Assembly (NCBI GenBank): GCA_964016885.1
Contig: OZ024750.1
Coordinates: 38,192,001 to 38,256,000 of the forward strand
Origin: Eledone cirrhosa
Taxonomy: Eukaryota
Direction: 5' to 3'
DNA: 64,000 bases
Positions 46,431-60,900 of this stretch are shown piece after piece. Positions within the stretch are counted from its first letter, which is position 1; each line of letters starts with the position of its first letter. The position numbers were made by a program, and so were the translations under genes. The notes under the pieces were generated by a model that saw nothing but the letters and a program-made list of their open reading frames with translations, ran no database searches and was not told the origin of the DNA.

Positions 46431-49400
46431 ATGAAGCTATGGCTAACCTGTACACTGTATGTGATGTACCATGAAGCTATGGCTAACCTGTACACTGTAC
46501 GTGATGTACCATGAAGCTATGACTAACCTGTACACTGTATATGATGTACCATGAAGCTATGACTAACATGTACACTGTATGCGATGTACCATGAAGCTAT
46601 GACTAACCTGTACACTGTATGTAATGTACCATGAAGCTATGACTAACCTGTACACTGTATGTGATGTACCATGAAGCTATAGGTAACCTGTACACTGTAT
46701 GTGATGTACCATGAAGCTATGACTAACCTGTACACTGTATGTGATGTACCATGAAGCTATGACTAACCTGTACACTGTATGTGATGTACCATGAAGCTAT
46801 GACTAACCTGTACACTGTATGTGATGTACCATGAAGCTATAGCTAACCTATACACTGTATGTGATGTACCATGAAGCTATGACTAACCTGTACACTGTAT
46901 GTGATGTACCATGAAGCTATGACTAACCTATACACTGTATGTGATGTACCATGAAGCTATGACTAACCTGTACACTGTATGTGATGTACCATGAAGCTAT
47001 GACTAACATGTAACCTGTATGTGATGTACCATGAAGCTATGACTAACCTGTACACTGTATGTGATGTACCATGAAGCTGTGCTAACCTGTACACTGTATG
47101 TGATGTACCATGAAGCTATGGCTAACCTGTACAATGTATGTGATGTACCATGAAGCTATGACTAACCTGTACACTGTATGTGATGTACCATGAAGCTATG
47201 GCTAACCTGTACACTGTATGTGATGTACCATGAAGCTATGACTTACCTGTACACTGTATGTGATGTACCATGAAGCTATGGCTAAGCTGTACACTGTATG
47301 TGATGTACCATGAAGCTATGGCTAACATGTACACTGTATGTGATGTACCATGAAGCTATGGCTAACCTGTACACTGTATGTGATGTACCATGAAGCTATG
47401 GCTAACCTGTACACTGTATGTGATGTACCATGAAGCTATGACTAACCTGTACACTGTAAGTGATGTACCATGAAGCTATAGCTAACCTATACACTGTATG
47501 TGATGTACCATGAAGCTATGGTTAACATGTACACTGTATGTGATGTACCATGAAGCTATGACTAACTTGTACACTGTATGTGATGTACCATGAAGCTATG
47601 GCTAACCTGTACACTGTGTGTGATGTACCATGAAGCTATGGCTAACCTGTACACTGTATGTGATGTACCATGAAGCTATGGCTAACCTGTACACTGTATG
47701 TGATGTACCATGAAGCTATGTCTAACCTGTACACTGTATGTGATGTACCATGAAGCTATGGCTAACCTGTACACTGTATGTGATGTACCATGAAGCTATG
47801 ACTAACCTGTACATTGTATGTGATGTACCATGAAGCTATAGCTAACCTGTACACTGTATGTGATGTACCATGAAGCTATGGCTAACCTGTACACTGTATG
47901 TGATGTACCATGAAGCTATGACTAACCTGTACACTGTATATAATGTACCATGAAGCTATGACTAACCTTTACACTGTATGTGATGTACCATGAAGCTATG
48001 GCTAACATGTACACTGTATGTGATGTACCATGAAGCTATGACTAACCTGTACACTGTATGTGATGTACCATGAAGCTATGGCTAACCTGTACACTGTATG
48101 TGATGTACCATGAAGCTATGACTAACCTGTACACTGTATGTGATGTACCATGAAGCTATGGCTAACCTCTACACTGTATGTGATGTACCATGAAGCTATG
48201 ACTAACCTGTACACTGTATGTGATGTACCATGAAGCTATAGCTAACCTATACACTGTATGTGATATACCATGAAGCTATGACTAATCTGTACACTATATG
48301 TGATGTACCATGAAGCTATGGCTAACCTGTACACTGTATGTGATGTACCATGAAGCTATGGCTAACCTGTACACTGTACGTGATGTACCATGAAGCTATG
48401 ACTAACCTGTACACTGTATATGATGTACCATGAAGCTATGACTAACATGTACACTGTATGCGATGTACCATGAAGCTATGACTAACCTGTACACTGTATG
48501 TAATGTACCATGAAGCTATGACTAACCTGTACACTGTATGTGATGTACCATGAAGCTATAGGTAACCTGTACACTGTATGTGATGTACCATGAAGCTATG
48601 ACTAACCTGTACACTGTATGTGATGTACCATGAAGCTATGACTAACCTGTACACTGTATGTGATGTACCATGAAGCTATGACTAACCTGTACACTGTATG
48701 TGATGTACCATGAAGCTATAGCTAACCTATACACTGTATGTGATGTACCATGAAGCTATGACTAACCTGTACACTGTATGTGATGTACCATGAAGCTATG
48801 ACTAACCTATACACTGTATGTGATGTACCATGAAGCTATGACTAACCTGTACACTGTATGTGATGTACCATGAAGCTATGACTAACATGTAACCTGTATG
48901 TGATGTACCATGAAGCTATGACTAACCTGTACACTGTATGTGATGTACCATGAAGCTGTGCTAACCTGTACACTGTATGTGATGTACCATGAAGCTATGG
49001 CTAACCTGTACAATGTATGTGATGTACCATGAAGCTATGACTAACCTGTACACTGTATGTGATGTACCATGAAGCTATGGCTAACCTGTACACTGTATGT
49101 GATGTACCATGAAGCTATGACTTACCTGTACACTGTATGTGATGTACCATGAAGCTATGGCTAAGCTGTACACTGTATGTGATGTACCATGAAGCTATGG
49201 CTAACATGTACACTGTATGTGATGTACCATGAAGCTATGGCTAACCTGTACACTGTATGTGATGTACCATGAAGCTATGGCTAACCTGTACACTGTATGT
49301 GATGTACCATGAAGCTATGACTAACCTGTACACTGTATGTGATGTACCATGAAGCTATAGCTAACCTATACACTGTATGTGATGTACCATGAAGCTATGG

Positions 49401-50000
49401 TTAACATGTACACTGTATGTGATGTACCATGAAGCTATGACTAACTTGTACACTGTATGTGATGTACCATGAAGCTATGGCTAACCTGTACACTGTGTGT
49501 GATGTACCATGAAGCTATGGCTAACCTGTACACTGTATGTGATGTACCATGAAGCTATGGCTAACCTGTACACTGTATGTGATGTACCATGAAGCTATGT
49601 CTAACCTGTACACTGTATGTGATGTACCATGAAGCTATGGCTAACCTGTACACTGTATGTGATGTACCATGAAGCTATGACTAACCTGTACATTGTATGT
49701 GATGTACCATGAAGCTATAGCTAACCTGTACACTGTATGTGATGTACCATGAAGCTATGGCTAACCTGTACACTGTATGTGATGTACCATGAAGCTATGA
49801 CTAACCTGTACACTGTATATAATGTACCATGAAGCTATGACTAACCTTTACACTGTATGTGATGTACCATGAAGCTATGGCTAACATGTACACTGTATGT
49901 GATGTACCATGAAGCTATGACTAACCTGTACACTGTATGTGATGTACCATGAAGCTATGGCTAACCTGTACACTGTATGTGATGTACCATGAAGCTATGA
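46240..50000. repeat. Tandem duplication of a 1879-bp (47-monomer) block, with a third copy at about 52400-54300
   Basis: Private marker gctgtgct at 47076, 48955 and 53231; acactatat, tacgtg and gtaatg are shared in order. Confidence 0.88.
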
Positions 50001-51059
50001 CTAACCTGTACACTGTATGTGATGTTCCATGAAGCTATGACTAACCTGTACACTGTATGTGATGTACCATGAAGCTATGGCTAACCTGTACACTGTATGT
50101 GATGTACCATGAAGCTATGACTAACTTGTACACTGTATATGATGTACCATGAAGCTATGACTAACATGTACACTGTATGCGATGTACCATGAAGCTATGA
50201 CTAACCTGTACACTGTATGTGATGTACCATGAAGCTATGACTAACCTGTACACTGTATGTGATGTACCATGAAGCTATGGCTAACCTGTACACTGTATGT
50301 GATGTAACATAAGCTATAGCTAACCTGTACACTGTATGTGATGTACCATGAAGCTATGGCTAACCTGTACACTGTATGTGATGTACCATGAAGCTATGGC
50401 TAACCTGTACACTGTATGTGATGTACCATGAAGTTATAGCTAATCTGTAAACTGTATGTGATGTAACATGAAGCTATAGCTAACCTGTACACTGTATGTG
50501 ATGTACCATGAAGCTTCGACTAACCTATACACTGTATGTGATGTACCATGAAGCTATGACTAACCTTTACACTGTATGTGATGTACCATGAAGCTATGGC
50601 TAACCTGTACACTGTATGTGATGTACCATGAAGCTATGGCTAACCTGTACACTGTATGTGATGTACCATGAAGTTATAGCTAATCTGTAAACTGTATGTG
50701 ATGTAACATGAAGCTATAGCTAACCTGTACACTGTATGTGATGTACCATGAAGCTATGACTAACCTGTACACTGTATGTGATGTACCATGAAGCTATAGC
50801 TAACCTATACACTGTATGTGATGTACCATGAAGCTATGACTAACCTGTACACTGTATGTGATGTACCATGAAGCTATGACTAACCTATACACTGTATGTG
50901 ATGTACCATGAAGCTATGACTAACCTGTACACTGTATGTGATGTACCATGAAGCTATGACTAACATGTAACCTGTATGTGATGTACCATGAAGCTATGAC
51001 TAACCTGTACACTGTATGTGATGTACCATGAAGCTATGCTAACCTGTACACTGTATGTG

Positions 51060-52300
51060 ATGTACCATGAAGCTATGGCTAACCTGTACACTGTATGTGA
51101 TGTACCATGAAGCTATGACTAACTTGTACACTGTATATGATGTACCATGAAGCTATGACTAACATGTACACTGTATGCGATGTACCATGAAGCTATGACT
51201 AACCTGTACACTGTATGTGATGTACCATGAAGCTATGACGAACCTGTACACTGTATGTGATGTACCATGAAGCTATGGCTAACCTGTACACTGTATGTGA
51301 TGTAACATAAGCTATAGCTAACCTGTACACTGTATGTGATGTACCATGAAGCTATGACTAACCTGTACACTGTATGTGATGTACCATGAAGCTATGACTA
51401 ACCCGTACACTGTATGTGATGTAACATGAAGCTATAGCTAACCTCTACACTGTATGTGATGTACCATGAAGCTATGACTAACCTGTACACTGTATGTGAT
51501 GTACCATGAAGCTATAGCTAACCTATACACTGTATGTGATGTACCACGAAGCTATGACTAATCTGTACACTGTATGTGATGTACCATGAAGCTATGGCTA
51601 ACTTGTACACCGTATGTGATGTAGCATTAAGCTATAGCTAACCTGTACACTGTATGTGATGTACCATGAAGCTATGACTAACCTGTACACTGTATGTGAT
51701 GTACCATGAAGCTATAGCTAACCTATACACTGTATGTGATGTACCATGAAGCTATGACTAACCTGTACACTGTATGTGATGTACCATGAAGCTATGGCTA
51801 AACTGTACACTGTATGTGACTTACCATGAAGCTATGGCTAACCTGTACACTGTATGTGATGTACCATGAAGCTATGACTAATCTGTACACTGTATATGAT
51901 GTACCATGAAGCTATGACTAACATGTACACTGTATGTGATGTACCATGAAGCTATGACTAACCTGTACACTGTATGTGATGTACCATGAAGCTATGACTA
52001 ACATGTACACTGTATGTGATGTACCATGAAGCTATGACTAACCTGTACACTGTATGTGATGTACCATGAATGTATGGCTAACCTGTACACTGTATGTGAT
52101 GTACCATGAAGCTATGACTAACCTATACACTGTATGTGATGTACCATGAAGCTATGACTAACCTGTACACCGTATGTGATGTACCATGAAGCTATAACTA
52201 ACCTATACACTGTATGTGATGTACCATGAAGCTATGACTAACCTGTACACTGTATGTGATGTACCATGAAGCTATGACTAACCTGTACACTGTATGTGAT
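51060..52300. repeat. Block copied at about 55940-57170 (offset 4877)
   Basis: Private marker cttgtacaccg...gtagcattaag at 51621/56498, with ccacga and gaatgtatgg in the same order. Confidence 0.85.
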
Positions 52301-55300
52301 GTACCATGAAGCTATGACTAACCTGTACACTGTATGTGATGTACCATGAAGCTATGGCTAACCTGTACACTGTATGTGATGTACCATGAAGCTATGACTA
52401 ACCTGTACACTGTATGTGATGTACCATGAAGCTATGGCTAACCTCTACACTGTATGTGATGTACCATGAAGCTATGACTAACCTGTACACTGTATGTGAT
52501 GTACCATGAAGCTATAGCTAACCTATACACTGTATGTGATATACCATGAAGCTATGACTAATCTGTACACTATATGTGATGTACCATGAAGCTATGGCTA
52601 ACCTGTACACTGTATGTGATGTACCATGAAGCTATGGCTAACCTGTACACTGTACGTGATGTACCATGAAGCTATGACTAACCTGTACACTGTATATGAT
52701 GTACCATGAAGCTATGACTAACATGTACACTGTATGCGATGTACCATGAAGCTATGACTAACCTGTACACTGTATGTAATGTACCATGAAGCTATGACTA
52801 ACCTGTACACTGTATGTGATGTACCATGAAGCTATAGGTAACCTGTACACTGTATGTGATGTACCATGAAGCTATGACTAACCTGTACACTGTATGTGAT
52901 GTACCATGAAGCTATGACTAACCTGTACACTGTATGTGATGTACCATGAAGCTATGACTAACCTGTACACTGTATGTGATGTACCATGAAGCTATAGCTA
53001 AAATATACACTGTATGTGATGTACCATGAAGCTATGACTAACCTGTACACTGTATGTGATGTACCATGAAGCTATGACTAACCTATACACTGTATGTGAT
53101 GTACCATGAAGCTATGACTAACCTGTACACTGTATGTGATGTACCATGAAGCTATGACTAACATGTAACCTGTATGTGATGTACCATGAAGCTATGACTA
53201 ACCTGTACACTGTATGTGATGTACCATGAAGCTGTGCTAACCTGTACACTGTATGTGATGTACCATGAAGCTATGGCTAACCTGTACAATGTATGTGATG
53301 TACCATGAAGCTATGACTAACCTGTACACTGTATGTGATGTACCATGAAGCTATGGCTAACCTGTACACTGTATGTGATGTACCATGAAGCTATGACTTA
53401 CCTGTACACTGTATGTGATGTACCATGAAGCTATGGCTAAGCTGTACACTGTATGTGATGTACCATGAAGCTATGGCTAACATGTACACTGTATGTGATG
53501 TACCATGAAGCTATGGCTAACCTGTACACTGTATGTGATGTACCATGAAGCTATGGCTAACCTGTACACTGTATGTGATGTACCATGAAGCTATGACTAA
53601 CCTGTACACTGTATGTGATGTACCATGAAGCTATAGCTAACCTATACACTGTATGTGATGTACCATGAAGCTATGGTTACAATGTACACTGTATGTGATG
53701 TACCATGAAGCTATGACTAACTTGTACACTGTATGTGATGTACCATGAAGCTATGGCTAACCTGTACACTGTGTGTGATGTACCATGAAGCTATGGCTAA
53801 CCTGTACACTGTATGTGATGTACCATGAAGCTATGGCTAACCTGTACACTGTATGTGATGTACCATGAAGCTATGTCTAACCTGTACACTGTATGTGATG
53901 TACCATGAAGCTATGGCTAACCTGTACACTGTATGTGATGTACCATGAAGCTATGACTAACCTGTACATTGTATGTGATGTACCATGAAGCTATAGCTAA
54001 CCTGTACACTGTATGTGATGTACCATGAAGCTATGGCTAACCTGTACACTGTATGTGATGTACCATGAAGCTATGACTAACCTGTACACTGTATATAATG
54101 TACCATGAAGCTATGACTAACCTTTACACTGTATGTGATGTACCATGAAGCTATGGCTAACATGTACACTGTATGTGATGTACCATGAAGCTATGACTAA
54201 CCTGTACACTGTATGTGATGTACCATGAAGCTATGGCTAACCTGTACACTGTATGTGATGTACCATGAAGCTATGACTAACCTGTACACTGTATGTGATG
54301 TTCCATGAAGCTATGACTAACCTGTACACTGTATGTGATGTACCATGAAGCTATGGCTAACCTGTACACTGTATGTGATGTACCATGAAGCTATGACTAA
54401 CTTGTACACTGTATATGATGTACCATGAAGCTATGACTAACATGTACACTGTATGCGATGTACCATGAAGCTATGACTAACCTGTACACTGTATGTGATG
54501 TACCATGAAGCTATGACTAACCTGTACACTGTATGTGATGTACCATGAAGCTATGGCTAACCTGTACACTGTATGTGATGTAACATAAGCTATAGCTAAC
54601 CTGTACACTGTATGTGATGTACCATGAAGCTATGACTAACCTGTACACTGTATGTGATGTACCATGAAGCTATGACTAACCCGTACACTGTATGTGATGT
54701 AACATGAAGCTATAGCTAACCTCTACACTGTATGTGATGTACCATGAAGCTATGACTAACCTGTACACTGTATGTGATGTACCATGAAGCTATAGCTAAC
54801 CTATACACTGTATGTGATGTACCATGAAGCTATGACTAATCTGTACACTGTATGTGATGTACCATGAAGCTATGGCTAACCTGTACACCGTATGTGATGT
54901 AACATGAAGCTATAGCTAACCTGTACACTGTATGTGATGTACCATGAAGCTATGACTAACCTGTACACTGTATGTGATGTACCATGAAGCTATGACTAAC
55001 CTGTACACTGTATGTGATGTACCATGAAGCTATCACTAACCTGTACACTGTGTGTGATGTACCATGAAGCTAAGACTAACCTATACACTGTATGTGATGT
55101 ACCATGAAGCTATGACTAACATTTACACTGTATGTGATGTACCATGAATTCTATGACTAACCTGTACACTGTATGTGATGTACCATGAAGCTTCGACTAA
55201 CCTATACACTGTATGTGATGTACCATGAAGCTATGACTAACCTTTACACTGTATGTGATGTACCATGAAGCTATGGCTAACCTGTACACTGTATGTGATG

Positions 55301-57189
55301 TACCATGAAGCTATGGCTAACCTGTACACTGTATGTGATGTACCATGAAGTTATAGCTAATCTGTAAACTGTATGTGATGTAACATGAAGCTATAGCTAA
55401 CCTGTACACTGTATGTGATGTACCATGAAGCTATGACTAACCTGTACACTGTATGTGATGTACCATGAAGCTATAGCTAACCTATACACTGTATGTGATG
55501 TACCATGAAGCTATGACTAACCTGTACACTGTATGTGATGTACCATGAAGCTATGACTAACCTATACACTGTATGTGATGTACCATGAAGCTATGACTAA
55601 CCTGTACACTGTATGTGATGTACCATGAAGCTATGACTAACATGTAACCTGTATGTGATGTACCATGAAGCTATGACTAACCTGTACACTGTATGTGATG
55701 TACCATGAAGCTATGCTAACCTGTACACTGTATGTGATGTACCATGAAGCTATGGCTAACCTGTACAATGTATGTGATGTACCATGGAGCTATGACTAAC
55801 TTGTACACTGTATATGATGTACCATGAAGCTATGACTAACATGTACACTGTATGCGATGTACCATGAAGCTATGACTAACCTGTACACTGTATGTGATGT
55901 ACCATGAAGCTATGACTAACCTGTACACAGTATGTGATGTACCATGAAGCTATGGCTAACCTGTACACTGTATGTGATGTACCATGAAGCTATGACTAAC
56001 TTGTACACTGTATATGATGTACCATGAAGCTATGACTAACATGTACACTGTATGCGATGTACCATGAAGCTATGACTAACCTGTACACTGTATGTGATGT
56101 ACCATGAAGCTATGACTAACCTGTACACTGTATGTGATGTACCATGAAGCTATGGCTAACCTGTACACTGTATGTGATGTAACATAAGCTATAGCTAACC
56201 TGTACACTGTATGTGATGTACCATGAAGCTATGACTAACCTGTACACTGTATGTGATGTACCATGAAGCTATGACTAACCCGTACACTGTATGTGATGTA
56301 ACATGAAGCTATAGCTAACCTCTACACTGTATGTGATGTACCATGAAGCTATGACTAACCTGTACACTGTATGTGATGTACCATGAAGCTATAGCTAACC
56401 TATACACTGTATGTGATGTACCACGAAGCTATGACTAATCTGTACACTGTATGTGATGTACCATGAAGCTATGGCTAACTTGTACACCGTATGTGATGTA
56501 GCATTAAGCTATAGCTAACCTGTACACTGTATGTGATGTACCATGAAGCTATGACTAACCTGTACACTGTATGTGATGTACCATGAAGCTATAGCTAACC
56601 TATACACTGTATGTGATGTACCATGAAGCTATGACTAACCTGTACACTGTATGTGATGTACCATGAAGCTATGGCTAAACTGTACACTGTATGTGACTTA
56701 CCATGAAGCTATGGCTAACCTGTACACTGTATGTGATGTACCATGAAGCTATGACTAATCTGTACACTGTATATGATGTACCATGAAGCTATGACTAACA
56801 TGTACACTGTATGTGATGTACCATGAAGCTATGACTAACCTGTACACTGTATGTGATGTACCATGAAGCTATGACTAACATGTACACTGTATGTGATGTA
56901 CCATGAAGCTATGACTAACCTGTACACTGTATGTGATGTACCATGAATGTATGGCTAACCTGTACACTGTATGTGATGTACCATGAAGCTATGACTAACC
57001 TATACACTGTATGTGATGTACCATGAAGCTATGACTAACCTGTACACCGTATGTGATGTACCATGAAGCTATAACTAACCTATACACTGTATGTGATGTA
57101 CCATGAAGCTATGACTAACCTGTACACTGTATGTGATGTACCATGAAGCTATGACTAACCTGTACACTGTATGTGATGTACCATGAAGC

Positions 57190-57960
57190 TATAGCTAACC
57201 TATACATTCTATGTGATGTACCATGAAGCTATGACTAACCTGTACACTGTATGTGATGTATCATGAAGCTATGGCTAACCTGTACACTGTATATGATGTA
57301 ACATGAAGCTATAGCTAAGCTGTACACTGTATGTGATGTACCATGAAGCTATGACTAACCTGTACGCTGTATGTGATGTACCATGAAGCTATGACTAACC
57401 TGTACACTGTATGTGATTTACCATGAAGCTATGACTAACATGTACACTGTATGCGATGTACCATGAAGCTATGACTAACCTGTACACTGTATGTGATGTA
57501 CCATGAAGCTATGACTAACCTGTACACTGTATGTGATGTACCATGAAGATATGGCTAACCTGTACACTGTATGTGATGTACCATGAAGCTATGACTAACC
57601 TGTACACTGTATCTGATGTACCATGAAGCTATGGCTAACCTGTACACTGTATGTGATGTACCATGAAGCTATGACTAACCTATACACTGTATGTGATGTA
57701 CCATGAAGCTATGACTAAACTTTACACTGTATGTGATGTACCATGAAGCTATGGCTAACCTGTACACTGTATGTGATGTACCATGAAGCTATGGCTAACC
57801 TGTACACTGTATGTGATGTACCATGAAGTTATAGCTAATCTGTACACTGTATGTGATGTAGCATGAAGCTTTAGCTAACCTGTACACTGTATGTGATGTA
57901 CCATGAAGCTATGACTAACCTGTACACTGTATGTGATGTACCATGAAGCTATAGCTAACC
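57190..57960. repeat. Block copied at about 63230-64000 (offset 6040, exactly 151 monomers)
   Basis: tgtacgct at 57361/63401, ccatgaagat at 57541/63581; gtatcatg and atctgatg are also shared. Confidence 0.87.
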
Positions 57961-60900
57961 TATACACTGTATGTGATGTACCATGAAGCTATGACTAACC
58001 TGTACACTGTATGTGATGTACCATGAAGCTATAACTAACCTATACACTGTATGTGATGTACCATGAAGCTATGACTAACCTGTATACTGTATGTGATGTA
58101 CCATGAAGCTATGACTAACCTGTACACTGTATGTGATGTACCATGAAGCTATGGCTAACCTGTACACTGTATGTGATGTACCATGAAGCTATGACTAACC
58201 TGTACACTGTATGTGATGTACCATGAAGCTATGGCTAACCTGTACACTGTATGTGATGTACCATGAAGCTATGGCTAACCTGTACAATGTATGTGATGTA
58301 CCATGAAGCTATGGCTAACCTGTACACTGTATGTGATGTACCATGCAGCTATGGCTAACCTGTACACTGTATGTGATGTACCATGAAGCTATGACTAACC
58401 TGTTCATTGTATGTGATGTACCATGAAGCTATAGCTAACCTGTACACTGTATGTGATGTACGATGAAGCTATGGCTAACCTGTACACTGTATGTGATGTA
58501 CCATGAAGCTATGACTAACCTGTACACTGTATATGATGTACCATGAAGCTATGACTAACCTGTACACTGTATGTGATGTACCATGAAGCTATGGCTAACC
58601 TGTACACTGTATGTGATGTACCATGAAGCTATGACTAACCTGTACACTGTATATGATGTACCATGAAGCTATGACTAACATGTACACTGTATGCGATGTA
58701 CCATGAAGCTATGACTAAGCTGTACACTGTATGTGATGTACCATGAAGCTATGACTAACCTGTACACTGTATGTGATGTACCATGAAGCTATAGGTAGCC
58801 TGTACACTGTATGTGATGTACCATGAAGCTATGACTAACCTGTACACTGTATGTGATGTACCATGAAGCTATGACTAATCTGTACACTGTATGTGATGTA
58901 CCATGAAGCTGTGACTAACCTATACACTGTATGTGATGTACCATGAAGCTATGACTAACCTTTACACTTTATGTGATGTACCATGAATTATATGACTAAC
59001 CTGTACACTGTATGTGATGTACCATGAAGCTATGACTAACCTATACACTGTATGTGATGTACCATGAAGCTATGACTAACCTTTACACTGTATGTGATGT
59101 ACCATGAAGCTATGGCTAACCTGTACACTGTATGTGATGTACCATGAAGCTATGGCTAACCTGTACACTGTATGTGATGTACCATGAAGCTATGACTAAC
59201 CTGTACACTGTATGTGATGTACCATGAAGCTATAGCTAACCTATACACTGTATGCGATGTACCATGAAGCTATGACTAACCTGTACACTGTATGTGATGT
59301 ACCATGAAGCTATGACTAACCTATACACTGTATGTGATGTACCATGAAGCTATGACTAACCTGTACACTGTATGTGATGTACCATGGAGCTATGACTAAC
59401 ATGTAACCTGTATGTGATGTACCATGAAGCTATGACTAACCTGTACACTGTATGTGATGTACCATGAAGCTATGCTAACCTGTACACTGTATGTGATGTA
59501 CCATGAAGCTATGGCTAACCTGTACAATGTATGTGATGTACCATGAAGCTATGACTAACCTATACACTGTATGTGATGTACCATGAAGCTATGACTAACC
59601 TGTACACTGTATGTGATGTACCATGAAGCTATGGCTAACCTGTACACTGTATGTGATGTACCATGAAGCTATGACTTACCTGTACACTGTATGTGATGTA
59701 CCATGAAGCTATGGCTAAGCTGTACACTGTATGTGATGTACCATGAAGCTATGGCTAACATGTACACTGTATGTGATGTACCATGAAGCTATGGCTAACC
59801 TGTACACTGTATGTGATGTACCATGAAGCTATGGCTAAGCTGTACACTGTATGTGATGTACCATGAAGCTATGACTAACCTGTACACTGTATGTGATGTA
59901 CCATGAAGCTATAGCTAACCTGTACCCTGTATGTGATGTACCATGAAGCTATGGCTAACCTGTACACTGTATGTGATGTACCATGAAGCTATGACTAACC
60001 TGTACACTGTATGTGATGTACCATGAAGCTATAGCTAACCTATACACTGTATGTGATGTACCATGAAGCTATGGCTAACATGTACACTGTATGTGATGTA
60101 CCATGAAGCTATGACTAACTTGTACACTGTATGTGATGTACCATGAAGCTATGGCTAACCTGTACACTGTGTGTGATGTACCATGAAGCTATGGCTAACC
60201 TGTACACTGTATGTGATGTACCATGAAGCTATGGCTAACCTGTACACTGTATGTGATGTACCATGAAGCTATGGCTAACCTGTACACTGTATGTGATGTA
60301 CCATGAAGCTATGGCTAACCTGTACACTGTATGTGATGTACCATGAAGCTATGACTAACCTGTACATTGTATGTGATGTACCATGAAGCTATAGCTAACC
60401 TGTACACTGTATGTGATGTACCATGAAGCTATGGCTAACCTGTACACTGTATGTGATGTACCATGAAGCTATGACTAACCTGTACACTGTATATGATGTA
60501 CCATGAAGCTATGACTAACCTTTACACTGTATGTGATGTACCATGAAGCTATGGCTAACATGTACACTGTATGTGATGTACCATGAAGCTATGACTAACC
60601 TGTACACTGTATGTGATGTACCATGAAGCTATGGCTAACCTGTACACTGTATGTGATGTACCATGAAGCTATGACTAACCTGTACACTGTATGTGATGTT
60701 CCATGAAGCTATGACTAACCTGTACACTGTATGTGATGTACCATGAAGCTATGGCTAACCTGTACACTGTATGTGATGTACCATGAAGTTATGACTAACT
60801 TGTACACTGTATATGATGTACCATGAAGCTATGACTAACATGTACAATGTATGCGATGTACCATGAAGCTATGACTAACCTGTACACTGTATGTGATGTA

